Shown here piece by piece: positions 35,044 through 44,895 of a stretch of 64,000 bases of DNA. The stretch covers positions 36,587-100,586 of the forward strand of contig JBCNVM010000005.1 in assembly GCA_039630085.1 (NCBI GenBank), written 5' to 3'. Source of the DNA: Candidatus Caldarchaeales archaeon (GTDB lineage: Archaea; Thermoproteota; Nitrososphaeria_A; Caldarchaeales; Calditenuaceae). Position 1 is the first letter of the stretch. Every line of letters begins with the position of its first letter. Under the pieces are notes generated by a model. The model ran no database searches. It was not told the origin of the DNA and saw only the letters and a program-made list of their open reading frames with translations. Both the position numbers and the translations under genes were made by a program.

Positions 35044-36024
35044 ATGGAGATCGCGAGGAGGGGCAGTGGCGCGGTCCTCACGCTGGACGACGGCAGGACG
35101 GTCGCGCTCGACTCGGACGAGCCGATGGCATTCGCCTGCGTATCCCATGCACACATGGACCACCTCTCCGGACGCGGATCGAGGTCCGCGGTCATGACCG
35201 AGGAGACGAGGCTGATCTTCAGCGCGAGGGGCATAAGGGTAAGGAACCACCTCAGGCTCGACTTCGGCAGGTCTGCGAACCTGATTGGCACCAGGGTCTC
35301 GGTCCAGCCCTCGGGGCACATGCTGGGCTCTGCGGTCTTCGAGCTCGACCTCGACGGCATGAGGCTCCTTTACACCGGCGACCTCAACACGCAGGCCTCT
35401 ATCCTCCACGACCCCGCCTGGTCGACGGAGGCTGATGTCCTGGTGATCGAGTCGACCTATGGCTCACCGGTCTACAGGTTCGAGGAGAGGGAGCTCGTTT
35501 ACGCGAGGGTCGTCCGGTGGATGAGGGAGACCCTGAGGGACGGAAGGGTCCCGGCCTTCAGCGTCTACGCCGCGGGGAAGGCGCAGGAGTTGATCGCGCT
35601 GGTGAACCAGTCCCTGAGCGTCCCGGTCGTCGTGAGCAGGAACGTCGGGTCGGTGGCGTCGGTCTACAGGAGAGCCTACCCGTGGTTGGAGTACGTCGTC
35701 GAGGGCACCGAGGAGGCCTCTGAGGTCCTCAAGGAAGGAGAGTTCGTCTACGTCTCGGAGCGCGTCAGGGCTCTGGGAGGCTTGAGGGCCTCTTGGGCGG
35801 TCGCCACCGGTTGGGCCCTTGCGAGGTCCTTCGAGGGCTTCGACGCAGCCTTCCCCCTCAGCAGCCACGCCGACTTCGCGGGCCTCGTCGGGTACGTGGA
35901 GTCGGTCTCGCCTAGGGTCGTGGTCACGATGTACGGCAGCTCATCGGCCTTCGCCTCGCACCTCAGGAGGCATGGGTACAGGGCCTTCTCCCTCGACGAG
36001 AGGCAGAACGTCAGGCTTCTCTGA
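35044..36024 (+). CDS. Metallo-beta-lactamase / beta-CASP nuclease
   Basis: SHAHMDH, SGHMLGS, YTGD, IESTYG, GKAQE, LSSHADF. Confidence 0.88.
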   Translation: MEIARRGSGAVLTLDDGRTVALDSDEPMAFACVSHAHMDHLSGRGSRSAVMTEETRLIFSARGIRVRNHLRLDFGRSANLIGTRVSVQPSGHMLGSAVFELDLDGMRLLYTGDLNTQASILHDPAWSTEADVLVIESTYGSPVYRFEERELVYARVVRWMRETLRDGRVPAFSVYAAGKAQELIALVNQSLSVPVVVSRNVGSVASVYRRAYPWLEYVVEGTEEASEVLKEGEFVYVSERVRALGGLRASWAVATGWALARSFEGFDAAFPLSSHADFAGLVGYVESVSPRVVVTMYGSSSAFASHLRRHGYRAFSLDERQNVRLL

Positions 36025-36069
36025 GTCCGTATGCTGCGCCCGGGTTCGGACCTATAGGGCTTTCTGGGT

Positions 36070-37131
36070 TCAGGCCGGCCTCAGCGGCGGGGCATAGAGG
36101 CCCTCCCTCTCTTCGAACCCGAGGACCAGGTTCATGCACTGGACCGCCTGGCCTGCAGCGCCCTTCATCAGGTTGTCGATCGCGGCGAAGAGCGCGGCCC
36201 TCCGGATCCTCTGCTCGACGGCCATCCCGACGTCCGCGAAGTTCGAGCCGATCACGTACTTCGGGTCCGGGTATCTCCCGCCCCTGACGATCCTGACGAA
36301 GGGCTCCTGGCCGTACCTCCTCGCGAAGGCCCTCCAGACCGCGAGCTCGTCCGTGGACTCGTCGACCAGCCAGACGTGCGACGACGCAAGAGCCCCCCTG
36401 ACGGCGCCGACCGCGTGCGGTACCAGCGCGACCCTCACCTCCCTCCCCGAGATCGCGGAGAGCTCCTGTTCGACCTCCGCGACGTGCCTGTGCCCCGAAG
36501 CCTCGTACGGCCTCATGACGTTCGCCCTCTCCGGGTGGTGCGTCCCGAGCGTGGGGCTCATACCGGCCTCGCTGCTCCCCACCTTCACGTCGACGACGAC
36601 GTGTTCTAGGTCGATCAGCCTCTGCTCGACCGCGGGGATCAGCGAGAGGAGGGCCGCGGTGGCGTTGCAGCCGGGGCAAGCGACCAGCCTCGCACCCCTG
36701 AGCTCCTCCCTGTGGAGCTCCGGCAGGCCGTAGACCGCCCTCTCGAGGAGATCCGGGGCAGGGTGCGCGAACTCGTACCAAAGCTCGTAGAGGCCAGGGT
36801 CCTTCAGCCTGAAGTCCGGGCTCAGGTCGATCACCTTCACTCCGACCTCGAGGAGCTTCGGGGCGATGTCCTTCGCGACCCCGCTGGGAGTGCTGGTGAA
36901 GACGACGTCGCACTTCGCGGAGAGCTGGTCGAGCGAGAGCTGAACGAACTTCAGGTTCCCGAGGAAGCCCTTGAGGTTGAAGTGGACGTTCGTGATCGGC
37001 TGGCCCGCGTACTCCCTCGAGGTCGCTACGGTCACCTCGACCCTCGGATGGGTCGCCAGTATCCTCAGGAGCTCCCCTCCCGTGTATCCGGAAGCGCCGA
37101 CTATTCCGACCCTTACCCGTCCGCCCGCCAA
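36070..37131 (-). CDS. lysY: N-acetyl-gamma-glutamyl-phosphate / [LysW]-aminoadipate-phosphate reductase
   Basis: GASGYTGGEL, YGLPEL, CPGCNAT, GSSEAG, HHPER (LysY-type), IDNLMKGAAGQAVQ. Start re-called at TTG 37131. Confidence 0.88.
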   Translation of the reverse strand: MAGGRVRVGIVGASGYTGGELLRILATHPRVEVTVATSREYAGQPITNVHFNLKGFLGNLKFVQLSLDQLSAKCDVVFTSTPSGVAKDIAPKLLEVGVKVIDLSPDFRLKDPGLYELWYEFAHPAPDLLERAVYGLPELHREELRGARLVACPGCNATAALLSLIPAVEQRLIDLEHVVVDVKVGSSEAGMSPTLGTHHPERANVMRPYEASGHRHVAEVEQELSAISGREVRVALVPHAVGAVRGALASSHVWLVDESTDELAVWRAFARRYGQEPFVRIVRGGRYPDPKYVIGSNFADVGMAVEQRIRRAALFAAIDNLMKGAAGQAVQCMNLVLGFEEREGLYAPPLRPA

Positions 37132-37279
37132 CCCCAGCACCGCACGAGCGGTCCAGATAAAAACCGGAGCCGCGGGGAGGGGCGCATCTGGGGCAAATCC
37201 CCAGATCATACCGAAGGATCTTCCCGGTACTACCGAGTCCGATACGCATTAAGGCAGGGAACGGCGACGGGCCTGGGCT

Positions 37280-40200
37280 TTGGTCCACCTGAAGCGGATA
37301 ACGTTGCAGGGGTTCAAGTCGTTCCCGCCGAAGAGGCAGACGATCGAGCTCGTCAAGGGCCTGGTCGTGATCGCCGGCCCGAACGGGAGCGGGAAGAGCA
37401 ACATCATCGACGCGGTCAAGTTCGCTTTCGGAGAGCTGAGCCCCCACGCGCTGAGGGTCTCGAGGATGTCGGAATTGATCAACCAGTCCGAGACCGGGGG
37501 CGGGGCGCAGTCCGCGAGGGTCACGGTCGTCCTCGACAACTCTGACAGGGCGATACCCCTCGACGCCGACGAGGTGACGGTCACGAGGAGGCTGCTCCCG
37601 ACCGGCGAGAGCGAGTACGTCGTCAACAACAGGGCCGTGGGGAGGGCCGACCTCCTGAGCCTGCTGGCGGCCGCGAACCTGAAGCCCTCGGGGTTCAACG
37701 TCGTCAGTCAAGGCGCGGTCCTCGGGATAGCCGAGATGGGGCCGGACGACCTGAGGGAGCTGATAGAGGAGGTCGCGGGGACCGCGGAGTTCGACCAGCG
37801 GAAGGAGGAGGCGCTGAGGGAGCTCGAGAGGGCCGAGAGGAACGTCGCGGTCGCGAAGGCCGGCGCCGAGGAGGTGAGGAGGAGGCTCGTCCAGCTCGAG
37901 GCCGAGTGGTTCGACCTCTCGAGGAGGAGGCACGCCGAGGCCGAGCTCGAGGCCCTGAGGAGGCGCGAGGTGGCCGCGGAGCTCTCCCGCATCGACCAAG
38001 AGCTGATGAGGCTCTCGGAGTCGATCGCCTCGCTGCAGGAGCGGAGGGAGGCGAAGGTCCTGGAGCTCGAGTCGATCAGGAGGAGGCTCTCGGAGGTCGA
38101 GGCGGAGGCAGCCGCGGTCCGCCGTGAAGAGGAGGAAGCGGTCACGAGGGCGAGGGCTCTCGCCTCGGAGCTCGCGTCCGCGAGGGCATCGGTGGAGAGG
38201 CTCAGGACGAAGATGCGGGACTCGGGCCAGAGGTACGCCGAGGCGAAGAGGAGGGCGGCCTCGATCGCTGCGACTTTTGCGGCCGACGCTGAGAGGTTGA
38301 GATCGCTGGAGGAGGAGGTCGCCGCGCTGGAGTCGAGGGAGTCGGAGCTCTCGGAGGAGCTGAGGCGGGTCGAGGCGAGGCTCGCAGAGGTCGGGGCAAG
38401 GGCTGCCGCGCTGAGGTCGGTGCTCGCGGAGTACGAGTCGAGTCTGAGGTCGGTCTCAGAGGACAGAAATCGGCTTTTGAGGGAGGCCTCTCAGGTCGAC
38501 GGCGAGCTCGCGGCGCTCCGGGCCGAGGAGGCGAGGCTCGTCGCGAGGCTCGAGTCGCTGAGGTCCGAACTGGCGGCCCGAGCCGAACAGCTCTCGAGGG
38601 TGAGGGCGGAGCTCGAGGCTGTCGAGGCGAGGAGGGCCGAGGTCCTGAGGGGCCTGGAGGGAGGGAGGAGGCTGGTCGAGACCCTCGAGGCGAGGGCCGG
38701 TGAGCTCGAGGCGAGGAGGACCGAGCTGATCGGCGCGCTGAGGGAGGCGGAGTCGAGGGCGTTGCGCGTCGACCAGAGCCAGGGGGCGCGTCCCGTTGCG
38801 GTCGAGAGGCTCAAGGGCCTGCTGGGTGACAGGGCCGTAGGCGTCCTGAGGGACCTCGTCACGTTCCCTGAAATGCTCGCGCCGGTCTACGAGCGGGCGC
38901 TCGGCGAGCTCCTCGACGCCCTGGTCCTGAGGAGGGACTCCGACGCCCTCGCGGTCGTGCTCGCGGCCTCCGAGCTCAACCTCCGGGTCCACGCGATCAG
39001 CGTAGAGGGCAGGGGGAAGTGCGACGGGAGAGGGAGCAAGTGCCTGGCCTGTCAGGCCGAGTGCGCGTCGGAGGAGGCGAGGGCCGCCCTCCACGTGGCG
39101 CTCTCCTGCGCCGAGTTGGTCGAGGGGCCCTCTTTCCCCGCCGGAAGGGCCGCGGTCACGCCTGATGGCGCCGTCCACGACGGGCGCGGAGTCTACTCCT
39201 CGCTGGGAGGCGTCGTTTCTGAGTCCGAGCTGCGGGCCGAGCTGAGGGCGGTCGCGGAGCTCGCGGCGCGGATCAGGTCCCTGCTCGAGGCAGTCGAGTC
39301 GGAGGTCGAGAGGGTGAGGAGTGAGGCTTCCGCCGTCAGGGAGAAGGAGTCGGAGCTGAGGGGCGAGCTGAGGTCTCTCGGGTCGAGGGAGTCGGAGCTC
39401 AGGTCTCAGGAGAGGGCGATCGCGGCCGACCTGAAGAGGCTCGAGTCCGAGGTCTCAAAGCTGGAGGCACGACTCTCGGGCTTGCCGGCTAGGATCTCCG
39501 AACTCCGGGCCCGGAAGGAGGAGATCGAGAGGGCGCTCCGTTCGGTCACCGCGCCGGGCCCTCCCGACGTCGAGAGGGGCGAGCTCGAGGGCCTGAACCG
39601 GGAGCAGTTCGACCTGGCCGCGGAGCGCTCGAGGATCTCGGCGGAGCTGAGGAGGCTGAGGGAGAGGCTGGACTCGGTCCGGGGCGAGCTGGTCTCCCTG
39701 AAGTCAAGGCTTGTGGGCGCTCCCGCTAGGGTCGAGGAGCTCGAGAGGGTCGCGGCCGAGCACTTGGGCAGGGTTAGGGCGGCGGCGTTGGAGTGCGCGG
39801 AGGTCATGAGGTCCGCGAGGGAGAGGGAGTCGGAGCTCCAAGACCTCGAGGAGCGGCTCCGGCAGCTGAGGAACAGGTCGGCGGAGCTTTCCGGGGCCCT
39901 GAGGTCGCTGAGGGAGGGGGCAGACTCCATACCGCAGGACCTCGCGGCGATCGACTCGGAGCTGGAGTCCCTGAAGCTGGCGAGGGTCGAGCTGACATCG
40001 AGGAGGAGGGCCCTCGAGGAGAGGATGCGAGAGCTCAGAGGAGAGGCTGACGATTGGTCGCTGGAGTTACCTGACCGCATCGCAGAGGAGCTGAGGTCTT
40101 CGCTCGAGCAGGAGCTGAGGGAGCTGGAGCTCGTGAACCAGCTGGCGGCCAACCAGTACGGCGAGGTTTCCGCGGCGTACAGGCAGAGGTCCGCGAGGAT

Positions 40201-40732
40201 CTCAGAGCTCGAGGCCGAGCGGAACGAGATCCTGAAGCTGATCGAGGAGATCGACTCGCAGAAGCTGAAGGCCGTCGCCGAGACGGTGAGGAGGGTCTCG
40301 GAGGGCTTCGGGAACTACTTCAGCAGGCTGACGGGCGGCGACGGGTGGCTTGAGTTCACCGACCCCCAGAGTCCGCTCGAATCGGGGATCGAGATGGTCG
40401 TCAGGTTCCCCGGGAAGGCCCCGAGGTCCGCGAGGGGGGTCAGCGGCGGCGAGAAGACCGTCTCCGCGGTCGCCCTCCTCCTCTCGCTTCAGTCCCTCAC
40501 TCCCGCGGACTTCCTCATCTTCGACGAGGTCGACGCCCACCTCGACGCCGCTTACTCCTCCAACCTCGCGGAGCTCTTGAGGGAGATGTCCGAGAGGATC
40601 CAGATAATCGTCGTGAGCCTGAAGGACATCGTCGCCGAGAAGGCCGACCTCCTGATCGGCGTCTACGGTAGGAACGGCGCCTCGAACGTCATCACCGCGA
40701 GGCTCGGTGAGGTCCTTGAGGGGAAGGCGTGA
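37280..40732 (+). CDS. smc: Chromosome segregation protein SMC
   Basis: GFKSF, GPNGSGKSN, long coiled coils, VSGGEK, FDEVDAHLD; followed by scpA and scpB. Confidence 0.93.
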   Translation: MVHLKRITLQGFKSFPPKRQTIELVKGLVVIAGPNGSGKSNIIDAVKFAFGELSPHALRVSRMSELINQSETGGGAQSARVTVVLDNSDRAIPLDADEVTVTRRLLPTGESEYVVNNRAVGRADLLSLLAAANLKPSGFNVVSQGAVLGIAEMGPDDLRELIEEVAGTAEFDQRKEEALRELERAERNVAVAKAGAEEVRRRLVQLEAEWFDLSRRRHAEAELEALRRREVAAELSRIDQELMRLSESIASLQERREAKVLELESIRRRLSEVEAEAAAVRREEEEAVTRARALASELASARASVERLRTKMRDSGQRYAEAKRRAASIAATFAADAERLRSLEEEVAALESRESELSEELRRVEARLAEVGARAAALRSVLAEYESSLRSVSEDRNRLLREASQVDGELAALRAEEARLVARLESLRSELAARAEQLSRVRAELEAVEARRAEVLRGLEGGRRLVETLEARAGELEARRTELIGALREAESRALRVDQSQGARPVAVERLKGLLGDRAVGVLRDLVTFPEMLAPVYERALGELLDALVLRRDSDALAVVLAASELNLRVHAISVEGRGKCDGRGSKCLACQAECASEEARAALHVALSCAELVEGPSFPAGRAAVTPDGAVHDGRGVYSSLGGVVSESELRAELRAVAELAARIRSLLEAVESEVERVRSEASAVREKESELRGELRSLGSRESELRSQERAIAADLKRLESEVSKLEARLSGLPARISELRARKEEIERALRSVTAPGPPDVERGELEGLNREQFDLAAERSRISAELRRLRERLDSVRGELVSLKSRLVGAPARVEELERVAAEHLGRVRAAALECAEVMRSARERESELQDLEERLRQLRNRSAELSGALRSLREGADSIPQDLAAIDSELESLKLARVELTSRRRALEERMRELRGEADDWSLELPDRIAEELRSSLEQELRELELVNQLAANQYGEVSAAYRQRSARISELEAERNEILKLIEEIDSQKLKAVAETVRRVSEGFGNYFSRLTGGDGWLEFTDPQSPLESGIEMVVRFPGKAPRSARGVSGGEKTVSAVALLLSLQSLTPADFLIFDEVDAHLDAAYSSNLAELLREMSERIQIIVVSLKDIVAEKADLLIGVYGRNGASNVITARLGEVLEGKA

Positions 40733-41366
40733 ACCCGTCGAGGAGCTGGGGTGGAGGGTCCTCCTGAACCCCGCTGCGCTCAAGAGGCTGGACCCCTGGA
40801 GGCTGAGGCTCGTCCCGATGCTCAGGGAGTTCGCAGCTGCCTTCAGGTCCTCGGAGGTGACCTTCGGACACGCGGGCGTAGTGGTCCTCAGCGCCTCGAC
40901 GGTCCACAGGGAGAAGTCCGAGAGGCTCGACGCGGAGGCGGAGCGCCCCAAGCCCGAGAGGCCGGACCTGGTCGTCCCCCCGCCGATCGAGATACCGCTG
41001 AGGGGCGACGTGATCAGCGCTACCCTGCTGGACGTCGTGAGGGCCCTGAGGTCGGTCCTCGAGAGGATGCACGGGGAGCGGACGGGGAAGTTCGAGCAGA
41101 TCAACGTGGACATCAAGCTCGACGACTACCTGATCAGGATCGAGGAGGAGTTCGAGTCCTTCGTCAGGGAGCTGGAGGAGTTCTTCTCCGGGAGGGAGGT
41201 CGCCTCGCTCCTCGAGCTGATATCGGGGCTCGACAGGCTCTCCGCGGTGAAGCGGATCATACTGCTGCTGTTCGCCGCGAACAGAGGCTACGTTGACCTC
41301 ATTCAGGACGAGTCAGGAAACGAGGTTCTGGTCAGGTGGGGAGGAGATGGCCCGGGGCAGGCTTAG
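40707..41366 (+). CDS. scpA: Kleisin ScpA-like protein
   Basis: LDPW.L.L, AG..VLSA......KS, C-terminal LLF.A..G.VDL.Q; lies between smc and scpB. Confidence 0.8.
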   Translation: MRSLRGRREPVEELGWRVLLNPAALKRLDPWRLRLVPMLREFAAAFRSSEVTFGHAGVVVLSASTVHREKSERLDAEAERPKPERPDLVVPPPIEIPLRGDVISATLLDVVRALRSVLERMHGERTGKFEQINVDIKLDDYLIRIEEEFESFVRELEEFFSGREVASLLELISGLDRLSAVKRIILLLFAANRGYVDLIQDESGNEVLVRWGGDGPGQA

Positions 41367-41952
41367 CGAGGGCGAGGCGAGGGTCGTCGTGGAGGCGATC
41401 CTCTTCGCGGCGAACAGGCCTGTCGACCTGAGGGCCCTGATGAGGGCCACCGGGTGGAGGAGCCCGAAGGAGGTGGTCAGGCTGCTAAAGGAGCTCAAGA
41501 GGGAGTACGACGAGCAGGGGAGGGCCTTCACGCTCAGCGAGCTCCCCGGCAACCGCTTCCTGCTCCACGTCCGTCACGAGCTCCTCCCGATCGTCAGGAG
41601 GCACTACAGGGGCTCGCTCCTCTCGACGGCCGCCCTAAAGACGCTCTCATTCATCGCGTACCACCAGCCGATCGAGATGGCCGCGGTCGCCGCGGTTAGG
41701 GGGTCGAGGGCCTACGCGCAGGTCAGGGAGCTCGAGGACTTAGGACTGGTTGAGGTTGAAAAGAAGGGCCGCATGCGGATTATCCGAACTTCACAGCTCT
41801 TCTCGACGCTGATCGGCGTCGAGGGTTCCGGGGCGAGGGTAAAGAGGCTGATCGAGCAGGCGCTGGAGCAGTCCACCGACAAGGCGTCGGGAGGAGGTCA
41901 GGAGAACCAGCGGGCGAGCGTGTCCGATTCATCAAACAACCCGATACTCTGA
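41347..41952 (+). CDS. scpB: SMC-Scp complex subunit ScpB
   Basis: VEAILFA...PV, LS.AALKTLS.IAYHQPI, VRG, L...GLV, T...F. ATG 41347 with GGAGG SD. Confidence 0.92.
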   Translation: MARGRLSEGEARVVVEAILFAANRPVDLRALMRATGWRSPKEVVRLLKELKREYDEQGRAFTLSELPGNRFLLHVRHELLPIVRRHYRGSLLSTAALKTLSFIAYHQPIEMAAVAAVRGSRAYAQVRELEDLGLVEVEKKGRMRIIRTSQLFSTLIGVEGSGARVKRLIEQALEQSTDKASGGGQENQRASVSDSSNNPIL

Positions 41953-42149
41953 TGTGCTGAGACGCATTAGGGACACGAGGGGCATCGCACTCAAAGACTG
42001 CAAAATAGTAATTCGAGGTCTCAGGTCATCAACGGTTACCGAGAGCACGCTGTGCTAGTTCGAGAGTAAGACTAAGCTGGCCACTACCTTTGTGACCTTT
42101 AATTCAGGGTCGATATTTACTTAACGAGTTAAGATGCGGCTGCAATCAT

Positions 42150-42350
42150 CACACTCGAAAGACACGAGCGCCTGAAATTGCTCGGTAGCCATGAGCGAAG
42201 GCTGTACGAATAGGGAAAACTCCCTCGTCGAGCTCATCAGCGAGGTCTACCCTAGACTCGCAAGCGTCAGAACTTCGGTCGCAGAAGCTTTCAGTTTACG
42301 AGTGAAAACGCCAATCTTTAGGGCCATTTTGTTCTCGTGCTTCACTGCAG
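42150..42350 (-). pseudogene. Possible degraded HEPN/DUF86 gene remnant
   Basis: A minus-strand frame reads ...DELDEGVFPIRTAFAHGYRAISGARVF (R-x4-H-x-Y), with no intact start; lower-GC region. Confidence 0.25.
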
Positions 42351-42409
42351 CTCAAATAGTGCTAATGAGGTCTCAATAATTGAGGACAAAAAATACATTA
42401 TCATACCTT

Positions 42410-43579
42410 TTAAAACGTTTGTAGTAATTTTAGTAATGTAATATTCCCTCGGATTGGCCCACTTCCCCGCAATCTTCTCGCCATGGCAAGATTATACGCG
42501 ATTAGCAGGACCAGAGCGACCGCAAGCGCTGCGATGATCAGAGTCAACGTCTGAGGGTCTTGTAGCAGCCCCTCGTCGCCGTCCCGTGCCCTCTCCGTGA
42601 CCGTCCGCGTGGTGGTGGCCGTTGTGGTAGTGGGCTCCCTCACCGTTGTGAACCTCGTCTCCACCGATGTGACCTCCTTCGTCGTTTCCATTACATACGT
42701 TGTGGTGACCGGGTTAACGACCGTCTCGGTTCGGGTCTGCGTCGTGGTCTGCTCCACTCGGGTCGTCACGGTGGTGGGAGGCAGAGTCGTGGTCACGTTG
42801 ACGTAGCGGATTACGGTCGTTGCGGGAAGCGTGGTGGTGACGGTCACGCTCCTGGTCTCGGTTGTTCCAGGGAGTCGGGTTGTCGTGGTGACTGTTGTGG
42901 TCACGGTGGCCGGCGGTGCCTCGTCGGAGCAGTAGATGGCCTCAATGAGGAGGCCGGTCGGACTGTCAGCGGGTATGTTCCGAACTACCACGGTCACGTT
43001 GTTTATCCCTGAACCCACAGGGAAGACCCACCATCCGGGCTGAGACGGCCATAGAGCGTACCCCGGTATGTTGATGCCGGTGTAGACGCCGTTCAGGTAG
43101 ACCCACCCCGGGTCGTCTGACCCTCCCCTCATGTAAATCCTGCCCGCCGAAGGTGCCACGAAGACGACGCTATAGGTGAAGTTGGTGTTCCCCGGAGCGG
43201 GGCTAGGCAGGTTGTTGACCGGCCTGTAGGGGCTTATCCACATCGCCCTCGAGCCCACCGGCGGGCCCGAGTGCCATGCGCCCGGAACAGGGTTCACGAC
43301 CCACGGTCTATCGAGTGTGCCGTCCGGCAACCTGACGACCCAATCCAAGGGCGTTGAGACGGGATGCTCCCTCGATCCCGCGGGCTTAGCCGCGAAGTTC
43401 AGCGAGCCGGTGCTCAGATCCATCATACACGCACACGTCTCGGGAGCCCTTGTGGTTGTGGTCACCTCCACTCTGCTCTGAGCGCTCACGGCCGCCATCT
43501 GGAAGACCGCAGGAATCAGCACAAGACCCAAGAGAGCCAACGCTAGGCAGAGTTTAACCGATCTTAGACCGAAACCCAT
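42410..43579 (-). CDS. Cell-surface protein: signal peptide, beta-sandwich domain, Thr-rich linker, C-terminal TM anchor
   Basis: Hydrophobic N-terminus, DD...VYLNG...G.N..V.V.N.....P.GL motif, about 110 aa Thr-rich stalk, TM near the end. Confidence 0.8.
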   Translation of the reverse strand: MGFGLRSVKLCLALALLGLVLIPAVFQMAAVSAQSRVEVTTTTRAPETCACMMDLSTGSLNFAAKPAGSREHPVSTPLDWVVRLPDGTLDRPWVVNPVPGAWHSGPPVGSRAMWISPYRPVNNLPSPAPGNTNFTYSVVFVAPSAGRIYMRGGSDDPGWVYLNGVYTGINIPGYALWPSQPGWWVFPVGSGINNVTVVVRNIPADSPTGLLIEAIYCSDEAPPATVTTTVTTTTRLPGTTETRSVTVTTTLPATTVIRYVNVTTTLPPTTVTTRVEQTTTQTRTETVVNPVTTTYVMETTKEVTSVETRFTTVREPTTTTATTTRTVTERARDGDEGLLQDPQTLTLIIAALAVALVLLIAYNLAMARRLRGSGPIRGNITLLKLLQTF

Positions 43580-43686
43580 TGAACGTTTGGCAAGAGCTCA
43601 CTATTTAAGTATAACCCCGAAGGGAGTTCCTCTATCTGTGCATGATGAAGTATAAGAACAGGCCAGCGGATCGTAAGATGCGGCGT

Positions 43687-43760
43687 GCCTGGGTAGTATA
43701 GCCAGGTTAGTATACCGGCCTGTCGAGCCGGTGACCCGGGTTCAAATCCCGGCCCAGGCG
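43687..43760 (+). tRNA. tRNA-Asp(GTC)
   Basis: Acceptor GCCTGGG/CCCAGGC, anticodon arm CCGGC-CTGTCGA-GCCGG, T arm GGTTCAAATCC; CCA not encoded. Confidence 0.97.
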
Positions 43761-43781
43761 TGAACCGAACCTGCCGTCGAC

Positions 43782-44843
43782 TCAGCGTGACCTCGTTATC
43801 AGGAACTCCGCGAGCTCCCTCAGGGCCGTCTTCGGTGCCGAGCCGGGGAGGACGCCGTCGAGTCCAGTCCACGCTCCCTCGACCAGCTTCCTCGAGAAGG
43901 ACCTCGCGTATTCTACTGAGCCAGCCGAAACTATAAGATCGATAGCCTCCCTGATCAGAGCGGGGTCGGAGGTCCTTGAGTTGAGGATCTCCCTGAGCCT
44001 CCTCGACCTCTCAGGCGGCAGGGCCCTGAGCGCGTGGACCACCATCAGCGTCCTCTTCCCCTCCTTGATGTCGCCGCCGATCTCCTTCCCGTACTCCCTC
44101 TCCTCTCCGACTAGGTTGAGGACGTCGTCTTGGATCTGGAACGCGACCGCCACCGAGTCCCCGAACTTCAGCAGGGCCGCCTCGGTCCTCGGCTCGGCGT
44201 CGGCGAGGGCGCAGGCGAACCTGATCCCCATCCTGACCAAGGAACCGGTCTTGAGGCTGCACATCGTGAGGTAGGTGAGCTCGTCGTAGTTGGAGGAGAG
44301 GGACCTGTGCCAGGCTATGTCGATCGCCTGCCCGAGGCTGAGGTTCGTCATCTCCTCGACGAAGGCCCTCAGGACCCTCTCGACCCGCGAACGCGGGACG
44401 CTCCCGCGCCGGAGCGCCGCGGCCATCGGCAGGAAGTAGAGCGTGTTCCCCATGTTGATCGCGACGTCGACGCCGTAGATCACGTGGACGCAGGGCTTCC
44501 CCCTCCTTAGCTCGCTCTGGTCCTCGACGTCGTCGACCGCGAGGGTTCCGTTGTGGACTAGCTCCGTGACCGCCGCGAGGTCCGCGATCTCCTCCGCCCT
44601 CCCGCCCAGCGCCTCGTAGGTCAGCATCGTTAGTATCGGTCTCCACCTCTTCCCTCCCCTGTCGAGGAGGTCCCAAGCCGGGACGTTGACCGATTTCGTG
44701 ATCGCCTCGGCGTCGAACCGGTGCTCGGCCAGTCCGGTGACGCTCCTGAGGTAAGCCTCGTCGGATGCTCTGGGGAGGACGGACTCCATCGATGCGCGGA
44801 TCAGCCCCAGGTACCTCGACGAGAGCTCCTCCAGCGCTCCCAA
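43782..44843 (-). CDS. Polyprenyl (geranylgeranyl) diphosphate synthase
   Basis: GGKRWRP, DDVED...RRG, GQA.D, KTG, FQIQDD, DI.EGKRT. Confidence 0.93.
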   Translation of the reverse strand: MGALEELSSRYLGLIRASMESVLPRASDEAYLRSVTGLAEHRFDAEAITKSVNVPAWDLLDRGGKRWRPILTMLTYEALGGRAEEIADLAAVTELVHNGTLAVDDVEDQSELRRGKPCVHVIYGVDVAINMGNTLYFLPMAAALRRGSVPRSRVERVLRAFVEEMTNLSLGQAIDIAWHRSLSSNYDELTYLTMCSLKTGSLVRMGIRFACALADAEPRTEAALLKFGDSVAVAFQIQDDVLNLVGEEREYGKEIGGDIKEGKRTLMVVHALRALPPERSRRLREILNSRTSDPALIREAIDLIVSAGSVEYARSFSRKLVEGAWTGLDGVLPGSAPKTALRELAEFLITRSR

Positions 44844-44895
44844 CTCACCCCCTGCCTCCTCCTCACCTATTTACCCATGGCGGCCTTGGGGTGAA

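Noticed and set aside
36011-37999. Long antisense or alternate-frame ORFs (e.g. 36011-37999, 30490-32091, 46362-48068, 8170-9609, 13991-15412)
   Set aside because: Shadow ORFs expected at high GC; Arg/Pro/Gly-rich, motif-free and overlapping well-supported genes.
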